Assembly (NCBI GenBank): GCA_965204745.1
Contig: OZ242010.1
Location: 2,816,001 to 2,880,000 of the forward strand
Direction: 5' to 3'
DNA length: 64,000 bases
Source of the DNA: Candidatus Latescibacterota bacterium
GTDB taxonomy: Bacteria; Latescibacterota; UBA2968
Part shown: piece by piece, positions 39,229 to 48,225 of the stretch
How positions within the stretch are numbered: position 1 is the stretch's first letter
Layout: every line of letters begins with the position of its first letter
Notes under the pieces: model-generated
What the model saw: the letters and a program-made list of their open reading frames with translations, nothing else
Told to the model about the DNA's origin: nothing
Database searches by the model: none
Position numbers and translations under genes: made by a program

Positions 39229-39911
39229 TATTCTTGTATCTCACTAAATATCTGAAATACCAATTTTTCTGTGTCCCTTTTCCACTTCAAGCTACCCAAT
39301 ACGACCCTTACCTTATTTTTTCCTCCACCGAGTTGCACAATTTTTTGAATGATAGGCATTTTATATACCCGATCTTTATAGTCTCCAATTTGATCTTCTG
39401 GCAATTTAGTTAAGTCAGGCTTAGTAAGGTCGCAGTGCGTTCCAATAATGAAGAAAGGGTCATCTTTGGGGTTATCCTGCAACCACCCTCCAATTTGCCA
39501 CATATCAGCCTCAACCCGAACTTCGGTCCTTTTATCGCCTTTCATCAACTTATCTATACGCAAGAGATACAGTACGATATCCGCGTCGGCTGTAATAGAT
39601 TTCCATACAGCATAGTCATCTTTGCTTCCAGGCACATCGTTCGATGCCTTAATCTTTAGAGACAAATCTTTGAGCTTAAAACGGCGAGCGGCGGTTTTTT
39701 CTTTTGCGATTGTCTGCTCATACTTTTCCGGTATAGTGCCTTCGGTCAAGAAGTTAATCAACACGGTTTTTCCAACCCGACGCTCTCCAAGGACAGCGAG
39801 TTTCTTGCCCCCGTGGGCTATTACAATTTTGTCCCAGTTTAAGGCGACAGCACCTGTAGCAAGTGCAGCTACAGCAATAATAATGGGAATCCAAATCATG
39901 GTAACCTCCAA
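39228..39911 (-). CDS. Membrane-anchored small (Ras/Arf-like) GTPase
   Basis: N-terminal TM; G1 GERRVGKT, G2 YEQT, G3 DVPG, G4 THCD; start may be 39899. Confidence 0.85.
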   Translation of the reverse strand: MEVTMIWIPIIIAVAALATGAVALNWDKIVIAHGGKKLAVLGERRVGKTVLINFLTEGTIPEKYEQTIAKEKTAARRFKLKDLSLKIKASNDVPGSKDDYAVWKSITADADIVLYLLRIDKLMKGDKRTEVRVEADMWQIGGWLQDNPKDDPFFIIGTHCDLTKPDLTKLPEDQIGDYKDRVYKMPIIQKIVQLGGGKNKVRVVLGSLKWKRDTEKLVFQIFSEIQE

Positions 39912-40021
39912 AATTTAAGAATGAGAAGCCAAAATGACCACTTGCAGGTGACTCCGAATTTTTAACTCGCAGAATATATTTCAGAATTGTCCCGCGTATC
40001 CTTACCAGCAAGATTTGATAA

Positions 40022-40854
40022 TTATTCTAATATCAGGGGCGCGTCGTCATACGTTTGCTTGACGGTGCTCTCGTCATAGATGCGTTCAAGTTTTCGAACG
40101 ATAAAATGTCCCCGAGCCATATTCTGAAAGTGATCGATAAAAATCGTGTTAATTGCGGCACCGCCAATTGCCCCGATCACTGGTAGGGCTTGAGCCGCTA
40201 CCTTCTGCGATACAACAACGCCAAAGCGCGAAGCGATCTGGGAGATAAGGCGAACAAGGGCAGGCGCTCTAACTCCTTGGGCAAGAACCTGCGGATTGGC
40301 AAGAAATCGGGCGGCATCGACAACCTCATGGGTTAGCAACATCCGAACTGCAAAATAGCTTGATTTAGTAGCATCATTTTCATCAGATTGACCACCCAAA
40401 GCAAAGACCTCTAAGCAAGCCAGTCTCGCCTCCATGCCTTCAAGGTTTTCCCCCTGGCTCCTCGCTATGTCAGCGATGGAGCGAAGCATGATTGCTGTGG
40501 AAAGCGGCAGTTCGATTGCGAGTGCCTTTAGACCGAATGCGCCACCGATGCTTCCAGTTCCCATGACCATAAGTTTATGCATGGCATTGCTGGGATCTAC
40601 GATGGATGTCGTATCCAGAGTTTTTACCGCGACCTGTAATCCTTTCTCCAAAGTGTCTCTGCTGAGCTGATTGATTATATCAGCATACTCGGGCGGAAGT
40701 CTCTCAAAGCCAGCTTCGATAGGTCTTCCAATAGTCTCTCAAAGCCAGCTTCGATAGGTCTTCCAATCGCAACGGTGAGTTTTTGTGCGAGGCTGGTTGA
40801 TTCAAGCAAACGTTTGGCCTCGTGTAATTCGTCCAGATGTTCTTTGAGCAACAT
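40022..40854 (-). pseudogene. EcsC-family protein split by a 35-bp tandem duplication
   Basis: IELPLST.IMLRSIADIARSQGE, CLEVFALGG, IASRFGVVVSQK..AQALPVIGA; duplication 40698-40732/40733-40767. Confidence 0.85.
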
Positions 40855-41107
40855 CGTTTCTCCTTTCGCGTGAGGATTGTTATTGGCACTTTTTGCTGTG
40901 ACTGCCAAACTAAAGAAGGCGCACGGAAAAATCAAGTGGCTTTCTCCGCTTTTTTAGGTTGGTGAGAATCATTTGCCGCGCTTCGATTTCACCCACATAG
41001 CCACAATACCCACTGCTATCCCCCCAAAGCCAGTCTCTTGTTACGTCGTTTCTTTATTGAGCACTTGAGCGTGATTCCGAATCGTTCATAACCGTCATCT
41101 ATGGGCC

Positions 41108-41668
41108 TCAGGCTCTTAGCGACCGGAGCTCGTTCAGAATTTGGCGGAGGCGGAGTTTTGCGATCTTGGTTTCGTTGTCCCGCAGTTTCGATTTCGGGGG
41201 TTTGTTTTTGTTTGCGAATGGAGGCAGACCCGTGTTGCGAACCCATGTGTCATACAAATGCCCCTCGGCCTCCTCGGCTTCGGCAATCGTCTGAGTTGGC
41301 ATCCATATTGCGTATTTCGCGATGCCATTGATCCGTTCGTTTTCCTCGTGCGGTCCATCTTCACCCTGCCCAAAATGGTTAACGAGTCTCTGGTGGAGGT
41401 TATCCGCTTTGCCGACATAGATGAAGTCGCCATTCTCCGCGAACAGCATGTAATATCCGAGGGTCGTCGGTGCTTGTGCGATATCTTCTACATACAAGCC
41501 GTATGCCTTGGCTAAATCAAAAAAATTCCAGTCCTCGGATTTATCACGCCCGCGGATCAGCGCATGATAGATACTGTTGAGCATAGTTTTTTTTCTTTTT
41601 TCTGCCCGATCCCGACCCCTGATTAACTGCTCGCCTAACGAGACAGCAGAAGCGTGTTTAGAATCCAT
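41108..41668 (-). CDS. GIY-YIG nuclease copy 2 with N-terminal extension
   Basis: GYYMLFAENGDFIYVGKA; core nearly identical to 34672-35088; extension contains LIRGRD twice. Confidence 0.85.
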   Translation of the reverse strand: MDSKHASAVSLGEQLIRGRDRAEKRKKTMLNSIYHALIRGRDKSEDWNFFDLAKAYGLYVEDIAQAPTTLGYYMLFAENGDFIYVGKADNLHQRLVNHFGQGEDGPHEENERINGIAKYAIWMPTQTIAEAEEAEGHLYDTWVRNTGLPPFANKNKPPKSKLRDNETKIAKLRLRQILNELRSLRA

Positions 41669-41760
41669 TTTCTCCTCCTTTCGGCTACGCTCAAATTCGG
41701 TTTCTAATGATGGCCCTCAACACTTTTGATATGATACTTTGTTTGGTCATTTCGTCAAGT

Positions 41761-42519
41761 TTATTTTTTTGATTCATGGTGTATTTCTTTTAGTCCCTCG
41801 AATAATTGAAATACAAGTGCCAAAGTGTCCGCAACGGCTTGAACCAAGAACTTTACCTCCTCTGGCTTAAAAGCGTCCTTCTTTTCACAATCAATATTCA
41901 CAACGCCTGCTGTAGTGCCATTCACTCGATAAGGACAGGATATTACACTTTTGTAGGCAACGGTTTCCTTGTCTGATACTATTAGAAAGTGGCGATGCGT
42001 TTCTATATTATTGACAATTTTGACTTGCTGTTCGAAAAAAGCACGACCAGCTATCCCAAGACCTATGGGAATTTCTGTAACAGGCGTTTTTTCATATCTA
42101 TCTGGAGGCGTATTTGTTGACCACTCGACAACCCTGAGATTTTCTGAACTTTCTGAATATGGAACCATAAGATTTGCATAGCATGGAACACCAATGATTT
42201 GGTTGAAAAGACTGGCTGATATATCCAAGACTTTGAGCACAGAAGAGCTTAAGATATCTTCATGGTCTTCTGGATGGCGATAGATCTCGAACAACTTCTC
42301 CGAGACGAGAATATCTCGAAATTCGTGTGGCAATTGATGTACATGGCTAAATGAGGAAAGCAATCGTCTATAAGCCTGTCGATCTTTCCAAAACCGAAAC
42401 GCCACATATCCCAGACAAAACGCAAGCACCAAAGAGCTTGCCACAACCCAGTGGTCAAGCAATAAAGACAAAAATGAGACAATGCAAGAAAAGATAGCCA
42501 ACCAAGATTTTTTATCCAT
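41761..42519 (-). CDS. 2-TM protein with C-terminal GAF domain
   Basis: IPIGLGIAGRAF, YKSVISCP, GVVNIDC...DAF. Confidence 0.8.
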   Translation of the reverse strand: MDKKSWLAIFSCIVSFLSLLLDHWVVASSLVLAFCLGYVAFRFWKDRQAYRRLLSSFSHVHQLPHEFRDILVSEKLFEIYRHPEDHEDILSSSVLKVLDISASLFNQIIGVPCYANLMVPYSESSENLRVVEWSTNTPPDRYEKTPVTEIPIGLGIAGRAFFEQQVKIVNNIETHRHFLIVSDKETVAYKSVISCPYRVNGTTAGVVNIDCEKKDAFKPEEVKFLVQAVADTLALVFQLFEGLKEIHHESKK

Positions 42520-42707
42520 CTCATTACCTCATAAATTCCGGCCATCACTTGCTCAATATAGGAACCAAATTGTTGTCGCATAAAATAAAAAAATAGATGA
42601 TGGGGGGGCGTATCCAGTCCCAACATCGTTACATTTGCCAATGCGTCATTCAGCAACGGTCACGTTTAACGATCCCATTCTTTGCGGGAACGCCTTTAGA
42701 TACTGCT

Positions 42708-42929
42708 TTAGAGTTTCTCAAACTCATTTGGGGTCAATCTCGCTTGGCGCAAAATACTCCGCAATATGCCAATTGGAATCTCACGGTGATGTGGAACAAT
42801 CGTTGTACACACCTTATCATCGCTGTATCGAACAAACTTTACATGACTGCCTCGTTGGCTGATTATTGTGAATCCTGCCTTTTCCAACTTACGCTTGACC
42901 TGACGATAGGGAAGGGGTTTAAGCGGCAC
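42708..42929 (-). CDS. hicA: HicA-family toxin
   Basis: GF...SQRGSHVKF, VPHH.EIPIGILRSILRQA. Confidence 0.9.
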   Translation of the reverse strand: MPLKPLPYRQVKRKLEKAGFTIISQRGSHVKFVRYSDDKVCTTIVPHHREIPIGILRSILRQARLTPNEFEKL

Positions 42930-43137
42930 TGACTTTGACCTCAAATTTTCGGATTGCTGGTTTCAAACTCGGTTGCGGGGGTTCAAAGTACAGTTCCAAT
43001 GCTTCCCCGAGATGGGTCAATGCTTCTTCTTCGCTTTCGCCTTGACTGGCAATATCCACCTCTAAACACTGGGCGATAAACCAGTCCTCTTCTCGCCAGA
43101 TACTCGCCGTAAAAACTTGCGTTTTCATCTTTGCCAT
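42919..43137 (-). CDS. hicB: HicB-family antitoxin
   Basis: WFIAQCLEVDIASQGESEEEAL..L.EALELYFE. Confidence 0.9.
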   Translation of the reverse strand: MAKMKTQVFTASIWREEDWFIAQCLEVDIASQGESEEEALTHLGEALELYFEPPQPSLKPAIRKFEVKVSAA

Positions 43138-43180
43138 CTCCTCTCTTCAAGTCAGATTCTCACTTCAATGCCTTGCAAAT

Positions 43181-43570
43181 TTACCATCTTCGTAGCGACA
43201 GGTCGTCAACTTCTTTGAAGTGGTCATCGCGAGAAATTAGAGTGAGTTGATGCTGTTGAGCTATCGCAACAATCCACAGATCGTTTTCCGGAATTGGCCG
43301 GCCTTTTGCCCGCAACTTGTTTTTGATCTGTCCATATATTCGAGCAGTGCCCCAATCACAGCCGACAATTACAGAACTTGAAGCAAATTCATCAATGCGG
43401 GCTTGATTCGTTTCTACACGGGCCGATTTCAGAGCACCGTAGTAGAGTTCACCTAAGACAATACTTGGGATCAATACCTCTTCAGCACGGTATAGATGGT
43501 CCTGTATGGATTGATCTTGGGCAAAGAGCGCGATGACAATATTCGTGTCGAGTAAATACCTACCATTCAT
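43181..43570 (-). CDS. vapC: VapC/PIN toxin
   Basis: YLLDTN, VLGELYYG, GRPIPENDLWI, SRD.HF. Confidence 0.92.
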   Translation of the reverse strand: MNGRYLLDTNIVIALFAQDQSIQDHLYRAEEVLIPSIVLGELYYGALKSARVETNQARIDEFASSSVIVGCDWGTARIYGQIKNKLRAKGRPIPENDLWIVAIAQQHQLTLISRDDHFKEVDDLSLRRW

Positions 43571-43787
43571 CTGTCTGCACCTTTTCACAATCTGCTTTAA
43601 TGGCTTGAGCCATGTCTCGGAGATCGGTCGCCGGTATTTGTCCTGCGAAGACCAACAGATTTTTACCGGGAACGCCCTTGGGATGAGTTGCCAAGTCGTG
43701 GGCTGTCATTTCCAACAGGCGCAACCGGTCGGCGGTGGACAGGGGTTTGACATGGTTTTCATAGACTGCTTCCAAGTGATCCATCAC
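43560..43787 (-). CDS. Putative VapB antitoxin
   Basis: 75 aa overlapping the vapC start; acidic C-terminus. Confidence 0.7.
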   Translation of the reverse strand: MMDHLEAVYENHVKPLSTADRLRLLEMTAHDLATHPKGVPGKNLLVFAGQIPATDLRDMAQAIKADCEKVQTDEW

Positions 43788-43879
43788 AGTATCTCCTTTC
43801 GCGTGAGGATTGTTATTGGCACTTTTGCTCTAAAAAAAAACACCCCTCGCACAACAGTATTTTCCCACCAATCAACTTC

Positions 43880-44089
43880 TCAGAGATTTTCTACGTCGTG
43901 CGTCTCGTTTGTGCGGTCTTGTTGGGCCGCCTTCCTGCGGAGACGCTCCAAGAATGGATCTTTGAGTTCCTGCGATGCGAGCCAATCGAGTTCCTCTTCG
44001 CATGTCATCCCTTTGATCTGAACCGAAAGTTTGGCGCGAATCGAGCGCATCATCTCAACGGAATCGAATTTTTTCTTTTTATTTTTCAT
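43880..44089 (-). CDS. Small partner (putative antitoxin) downstream of the PIN gene
   Basis: KKFDSVEMMRSIRAKLS pattern; overlaps the PIN stop. Confidence 0.7.
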   Translation of the reverse strand: MKNKKKKFDSVEMMRSIRAKLSVQIKGMTCEEELDWLASQELKDPFLERLRRKAAQQDRTNETHDVENL

Positions 44090-44540
44090 CTCTTAAAACC
44101 TCTCGCGGAGAGCGGATTTCAAGGGTCAAGTAGCCACGCCGGAGATTCACGGAATTGTAGCCATGAATCCGATGCGGATTCACGATGTGTCTGAAGTTCC
44201 AACTCACAAGCACGTTCACGCGGGCAACAGTGGCCATGGCGATGTGTTGAGCATCTGCCCGCATACGCCTGCTGACGATCCCTTCGGATATATAGGCGTC
44301 TGCGAGTTCCTGTGACTCTGTGCTGAGACGCAGAACTTCGATGTGTTCTTCCGGCACCGCGGCAAGGTGAGCACGCACTTCATTCGGAGATGTTGCAAGT
44401 TCTTGAATGGTGAGATCAGAGAGCACGAGCACATAATCTCCCTTGATAAAGCACGCCATCAATCGAATGGAATGCTCGCGCCACTCATCGTCCTCGCATC
44501 CTCCAATCACGGAGGTGTCGATATAGATCCGTGCTTTCAT
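44079..44540 (-). CDS. PIN-domain protein
   Basis: IYIDTSVIGG, DAQHIA, LVSWNFRHIVN, IRSPREV. Confidence 0.9.
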   Translation of the reverse strand: MKARIYIDTSVIGGCEDDEWREHSIRLMACFIKGDYVLVLSDLTIQELATSPNEVRAHLAAVPEEHIEVLRLSTESQELADAYISEGIVSRRMRADAQHIAMATVARVNVLVSWNFRHIVNPHRIHGYNSVNLRRGYLTLEIRSPREVLRDEK

Positions 44541-44675
44541 CTTTGGATTGCTGGTTTCAAACTCGGTTGCGGGGGTTCAAAGTACAGTTCCAATGCTTCC
44601 CCGAGATGGGTCAATGCTTCTTCGCTTTCGCCTTGACTGGCAATATCCATCTCTAAACACTGGGCGATAAACCAG
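44537..44675 (-). pseudogene. HicB fragment (duplicate of 42919-43137)
   Basis: WFIAQCLEMDIASQGESEEALTHLGEALELYFEPP; 5' end replaced by REP sequence. Confidence 0.8.
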
Positions 44676-44687
44676 CACCCGAAAAAA

Positions 44688-44769
44688 GGTGAGAAGGTAG
44701 AGGCAAGACGTGAGAAGGCCACCCCAAAAAAGTGAGAAGGTAGAGGTAAGACGTGAGAAGGCCACCCCT
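44688..44769. repeat. REP-like repeats (GTGAGAAGG/GAGGYAAGACG) forming the IS110 target
   Basis: Related units at 30750-30819, 45531-45560 (inverted) and 10926-10960. Confidence 0.7.
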
Positions 44770-45532
44770 CTTGTATCTTGGAAGTAAGGGTTAATTAGGA
44801 GTTGCGCCCTCGTATCGAGATAAGCCATCTTGATGCCCGGCTCGGGGAAGGCCGGCCCCTCTTGAAGGCGATGACCTTGTAGGTAAGATAGGCCCCCCGA
44901 CCGCCGGGTCTATGCCGAAGAGTATCTAAGTCCCTTGAGGCTGCATATACAAGACCGGTAGACTTGGCGTCAATGGTCGGGATCGAACTCGAGCGCACAC
45001 CAGACCCCTTACAACCCCTCATCACAGGAGGCCCCCATGTCGAAATCTCAACCCGCTTTCGCCGGCATTGATGTCAGTGCCCGCACGTTGTCTGTTGCCC
45101 TGTCCAGACCCGGACAAGCTGTCATGCAAGCGACCTTTGCCAATGATCCCCAAGCCCATAAGCGGTTGCTGAAGTGGCTCACCAAGGGCGGGCACATGGT
45201 CTCTGTGTGCCTCGAAGCGACCGGGCTTTACAGCTTGGGGGTGGCCTTGGCCTTGCATCGGCATCGCCACACAAAGGTCATGGTCGTCAATCCCAAAGCG
45301 ATGAGCAAGTACGGTCAAGCCCGCATGCAACGAGCCAAGACGGATGCGAAGGATGCGTTGTTGATCATGGATTATGCCGAGCGCATGCGTTTGTGCCTTG
45401 CCGAGTGAGCAACGGCTTCAACTGCAAGCCCTCACCAGACGCATTTCAAGCGATCATCAGTGAACAGAGCCGCAACCACGCGCAAAGCTACCACATCCTC
45501 ATCGCACGCGATATTCAGGTGAATATTCGACA
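44770..45532 (+). mobile_element. IS110-family element, copy 2 (5' half, multiple deletions)
   Basis: Colinear with copy 1; left end CTTGTAT; transposase fragment 45037-45530. Confidence 0.85.
44835..44970 (+). ncRNA. IS110 bridge RNA (predicted), copy 2
   Basis: Guides GCCCCTCT (44855), AGGTAAG (44881), AGAGTATCT (44919), ATACAAG (44947). Confidence 0.7.
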
Positions 45533-45608
45533 CCTCTTGCCTCTCCCGTCTTGCGTCTTGGCTCACACCGGCTTATCGTATATCTTCTCAAACACCGCGT
45601 CCGCGCCT

Positions 45609-46859
45609 TCATCTTTGCAGGCTATCGTTGCGATGGGGATCGACGATGACGATGCCATCCGGGCCAAATTGTGCGGTAACAACCGCGCCTTTGCCTGCGC
45701 GGAGGTACTCGAAATTGCGGTCGCGGACAATGCGTGCGGCATCGACTATCGCCGCGGTAATCCGGCCGTCTTCGGCCGTGGGATAAATCTCCTTCACGTC
45801 GGCGACAGACGCGCCCAAAAACTTCACGCGACACACCGCCACCAATGCCACTGTGATGCTGTCTATGCCATACCCCACATACACCTGTGACCCGTCGGGG
45901 CGTTGGACATTGCGCGTAAAATGATTGTTGGAACTCTGGCTGCTGCCGCCCGCGTACCAAAACCGAAACCCGCGGTACTGCTGGTCGGATTCCACCTTGC
46001 CTTCCGTGCCCACAATCTCGTGGCCCTGATTGACCGGGCCTTCAAAGTCATCGGGCGTGATCCAGTTGTTGTGAAAATAAACGCTCATGCCATTGTCAAA
46101 ATCCACGCGCACCTGCACCGCGTCATAAGCGTCTATCCCATCGCGCACCAACCGCTTTTTTTGCCCCACCGCCGTGAGCGACACGGGCTTGCTGCGATAG
46201 TAATTGTAGAACAAATCGACCCAATGCGGCCCCACATAAGAAAAGGGATCGCTGTCTTCGGCCCACTTAAACGTGCTCGTGGAGACTTCGAGGGGTTCTT
46301 CCAGCATCGCCAAGCCGTAGAGCGGATCCCCGATGCGATGGGCGATATCGCGCTGGATCCGCAGGTGATCCGGGTCGTAGCGTTTGTGCATGTCCACCGC
46401 GCAGATCAGTTCTTTTTCATCGGCCAATTCGACCATTTCATCGGCTTCCCGAATCGACAAGCACATCGGTTTTTCCGTAATCACATGCGTGCTGTTGTGC
46501 AACGCGGCCAGCACCACAGGCGTGTGCAAATTGTCGGGCGTGGCAACGGCCATCACATCCAAGTCGGGAAAATCGCGCAACACAGCTTCCCACGGGGTCT
46601 CGCCCCAATACGGCTTGGGCGCGTGTCCGGTCCACTGCTCAAAATTCGCCCGTGCGCGCTGTGCGGACGCCTCGGTGCGCGTGGCAACGGCCACCAACTC
46701 AAATTCGACATCCGCCAGATCGCGCGCCCAGGCATCAAGCCCGACGCGCCCCATAAGACCGCTGATGCCATTGCATTGCAAATCCGCGTACGCCCGCGCG
46801 TGAATATCCCCGCCAAACATCCCCGCGCCAATCAACGCAATCGTCACCTTCCTCGCCAT
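45609..46859 (-). CDS. Gfo/Idh/MocA-family oxidoreductase
   Basis: IGAGMFG, VATPDNLH, EKPM, HKRYDP; native C-terminus probably extends to 45563. Confidence 0.9.
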   Translation of the reverse strand: MARKVTIALIGAGMFGGDIHARAYADLQCNGISGLMGRVGLDAWARDLADVEFELVAVATRTEASAQRARANFEQWTGHAPKPYWGETPWEAVLRDFPDLDVMAVATPDNLHTPVVLAALHNSTHVITEKPMCLSIREADEMVELADEKELICAVDMHKRYDPDHLRIQRDIAHRIGDPLYGLAMLEEPLEVSTSTFKWAEDSDPFSYVGPHWVDLFYNYYRSKPVSLTAVGQKKRLVRDGIDAYDAVQVRVDFDNGMSVYFHNNWITPDDFEGPVNQGHEIVGTEGKVESDQQYRGFRFWYAGGSSQSSNNHFTRNVQRPDGSQVYVGYGIDSITVALVAVCRVKFLGASVADVKEIYPTAEDGRITAAIVDAARIVRDRNFEYLRAGKGAVVTAQFGPDGIVIVDPHRNDSLQR

Positions 46860-46990
46860 CTGTTCCTCCCTTCAGAATTGGGATTTACGAAACAAAAAAT
46901 AAAATTGCGTGTGTTTCAAAATCTTCTACATTCCGCTCCTGTAAGTTGTTACAAATCGTCACTTGTCGCCACAAAACCAAAGGAACAAAA

Positions 46991-47242
46991 ATGCTCATGA
47001 TTCAAATTGAAGTGCCGGAAGAAATTTTTCTGTCCTTAAAAGAGACCCCCGAGGAATTTGCCCAAGAGGTCCGCAGGGCCGCTGCTGCCAAGCTATATGA
47101 AATGGGCAAAATGTCTTCCGGGCGTGCCGCGGAACTCGCCGGCATGTCGCGCATCCAATTTCTCCAAGATATGGGTCACTACGGCGTGTCCATATTTGAC
47201 CTGACACATGAGGAATTAGAACAGGACCTGCAAAATGCCTGA
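46991..47242 (+). CDS. UPF0175-family antitoxin-like protein
   Basis: AAAKLYEMGKMSSGRAAELAGMSRIQFL, EELEQDL. Confidence 0.85.
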   Translation: MLMIQIEVPEEIFLSLKETPEEFAQEVRRAAAAKLYEMGKMSSGRAAELAGMSRIQFLQDMGHYGVSIFDLTHEELEQDLQNA

Positions 47243-47275
47243 AGTCGTCATCAGTAACACATCGCCGATCTTTAC
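47235..47275 (+). pseudogene. 5' stub of the cognate PIN (DUF3368-like) gene
   Basis: MPEVVISNTSPI, then cut off by the convergent gene. Confidence 0.6.
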
Positions 47276-48138
47276 TCCTTCCAATCCCTCACCAACCTGC
47301 GCCAGACTTTCACAATTTCATTCTTCTCTCGAATGGCGTCCTGCCAAATATCCGGGAAACAGGCCAGCGCGTACCCAGAGCCTTGGGGGCCGAGTTCGGG
47401 AACGGCGTAGAGCGTCTTGCCCGGTTTCGCGCCTTGCAACCACGCATCGAGCGCGGGTTCCAGATAGTTCGCCAACCAAATCTTAAAATCGCGATCCAAT
47501 CGCCCTTTGCCATTGGTCACGGGCGTTTGGCAATGGCTGCCCGTAAAGGGGCGAAAATGGATGAGTTCGTGCCTACGCAAGAGATCCACGCGCTCGGACA
47601 GTCGCGCCCAGTATTCGTGCGGGCGGAGCTGTTTGATAATGGCCGGATGCGAGTGATCGAAATTCATTCGCAATTTCTTCTCGTACTTCTTCTCGTACGC
47701 CGCGGCCAGTGCAAACGCCTTTTCCGGGGTTTCCGTACACGTATCCCGGTGGATCTCTATCGCGGGTTTGACCCCGTACTTCTTCCCGGCTTTCACCACT
47801 GCTCGCGCCACTTTCAGCGCGTTTTTTGTGCGCGTATCGTGATCGCACAACTGCACGTTGAGATGCACCACGCCGAGATCGGCAAATGCTTTGATCTTTT
47901 CATCGGCTTCCTTCTTGCTACCCACATCCACCCCGCCCACCATTTCCAATCCATTCGCGTGCAACTCAGCGGCCAACTCGGCATCGGCCCCGGCCGCCAT
48001 GCCGGCAAACCCCGCTTCTTTCACCCGCCGCACTTTGGTCTGAACGGCCCAGGGATTTCTCGCAGACGGGTAATCTCGCAAGGACCAGTCCGCGGCCATG
48101 ATTTTGATCTTCGGTTTTTGAACCCTCTGTTTTGCCAT
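47272..48138 (-). CDS. Sugar phosphate isomerase/epimerase (xylose-isomerase-like TIM barrel)
   Basis: EIHRDT.TE, NFDHSH, HFR, VPELGP. Confidence 0.8.
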   Translation of the reverse strand: MAKQRVQKPKIKIMAADWSLRDYPSARNPWAVQTKVRRVKEAGFAGMAAGADAELAAELHANGLEMVGGVDVGSKKEADEKIKAFADLGVVHLNVQLCDHDTRTKNALKVARAVVKAGKKYGVKPAIEIHRDTCTETPEKAFALAAAYEKKYEKKLRMNFDHSHPAIIKQLRPHEYWARLSERVDLLRRHELIHFRPFTGSHCQTPVTNGKGRLDRDFKIWLANYLEPALDAWLQGAKPGKTLYAVPELGPQGSGYALACFPDIWQDAIREKNEIVKVWRRLVRDWKE

Positions 48139-48225
48139 ATCTCACCTCCGTTTTTCCGGCCCTCACATCGGCCCGATGCGTTTGGGGCCTTTGTCCATCG
48201 CGAGCATGGACGCATCGAAACTGCG

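Noticed and set aside
33540-44700. Integron cassette array
   Set aside because: Genes are co-oriented, but there is no integrase and no recurring attC-type (RYYYAAC...GTTRRRY) site; the repeats are pairwise duplications.
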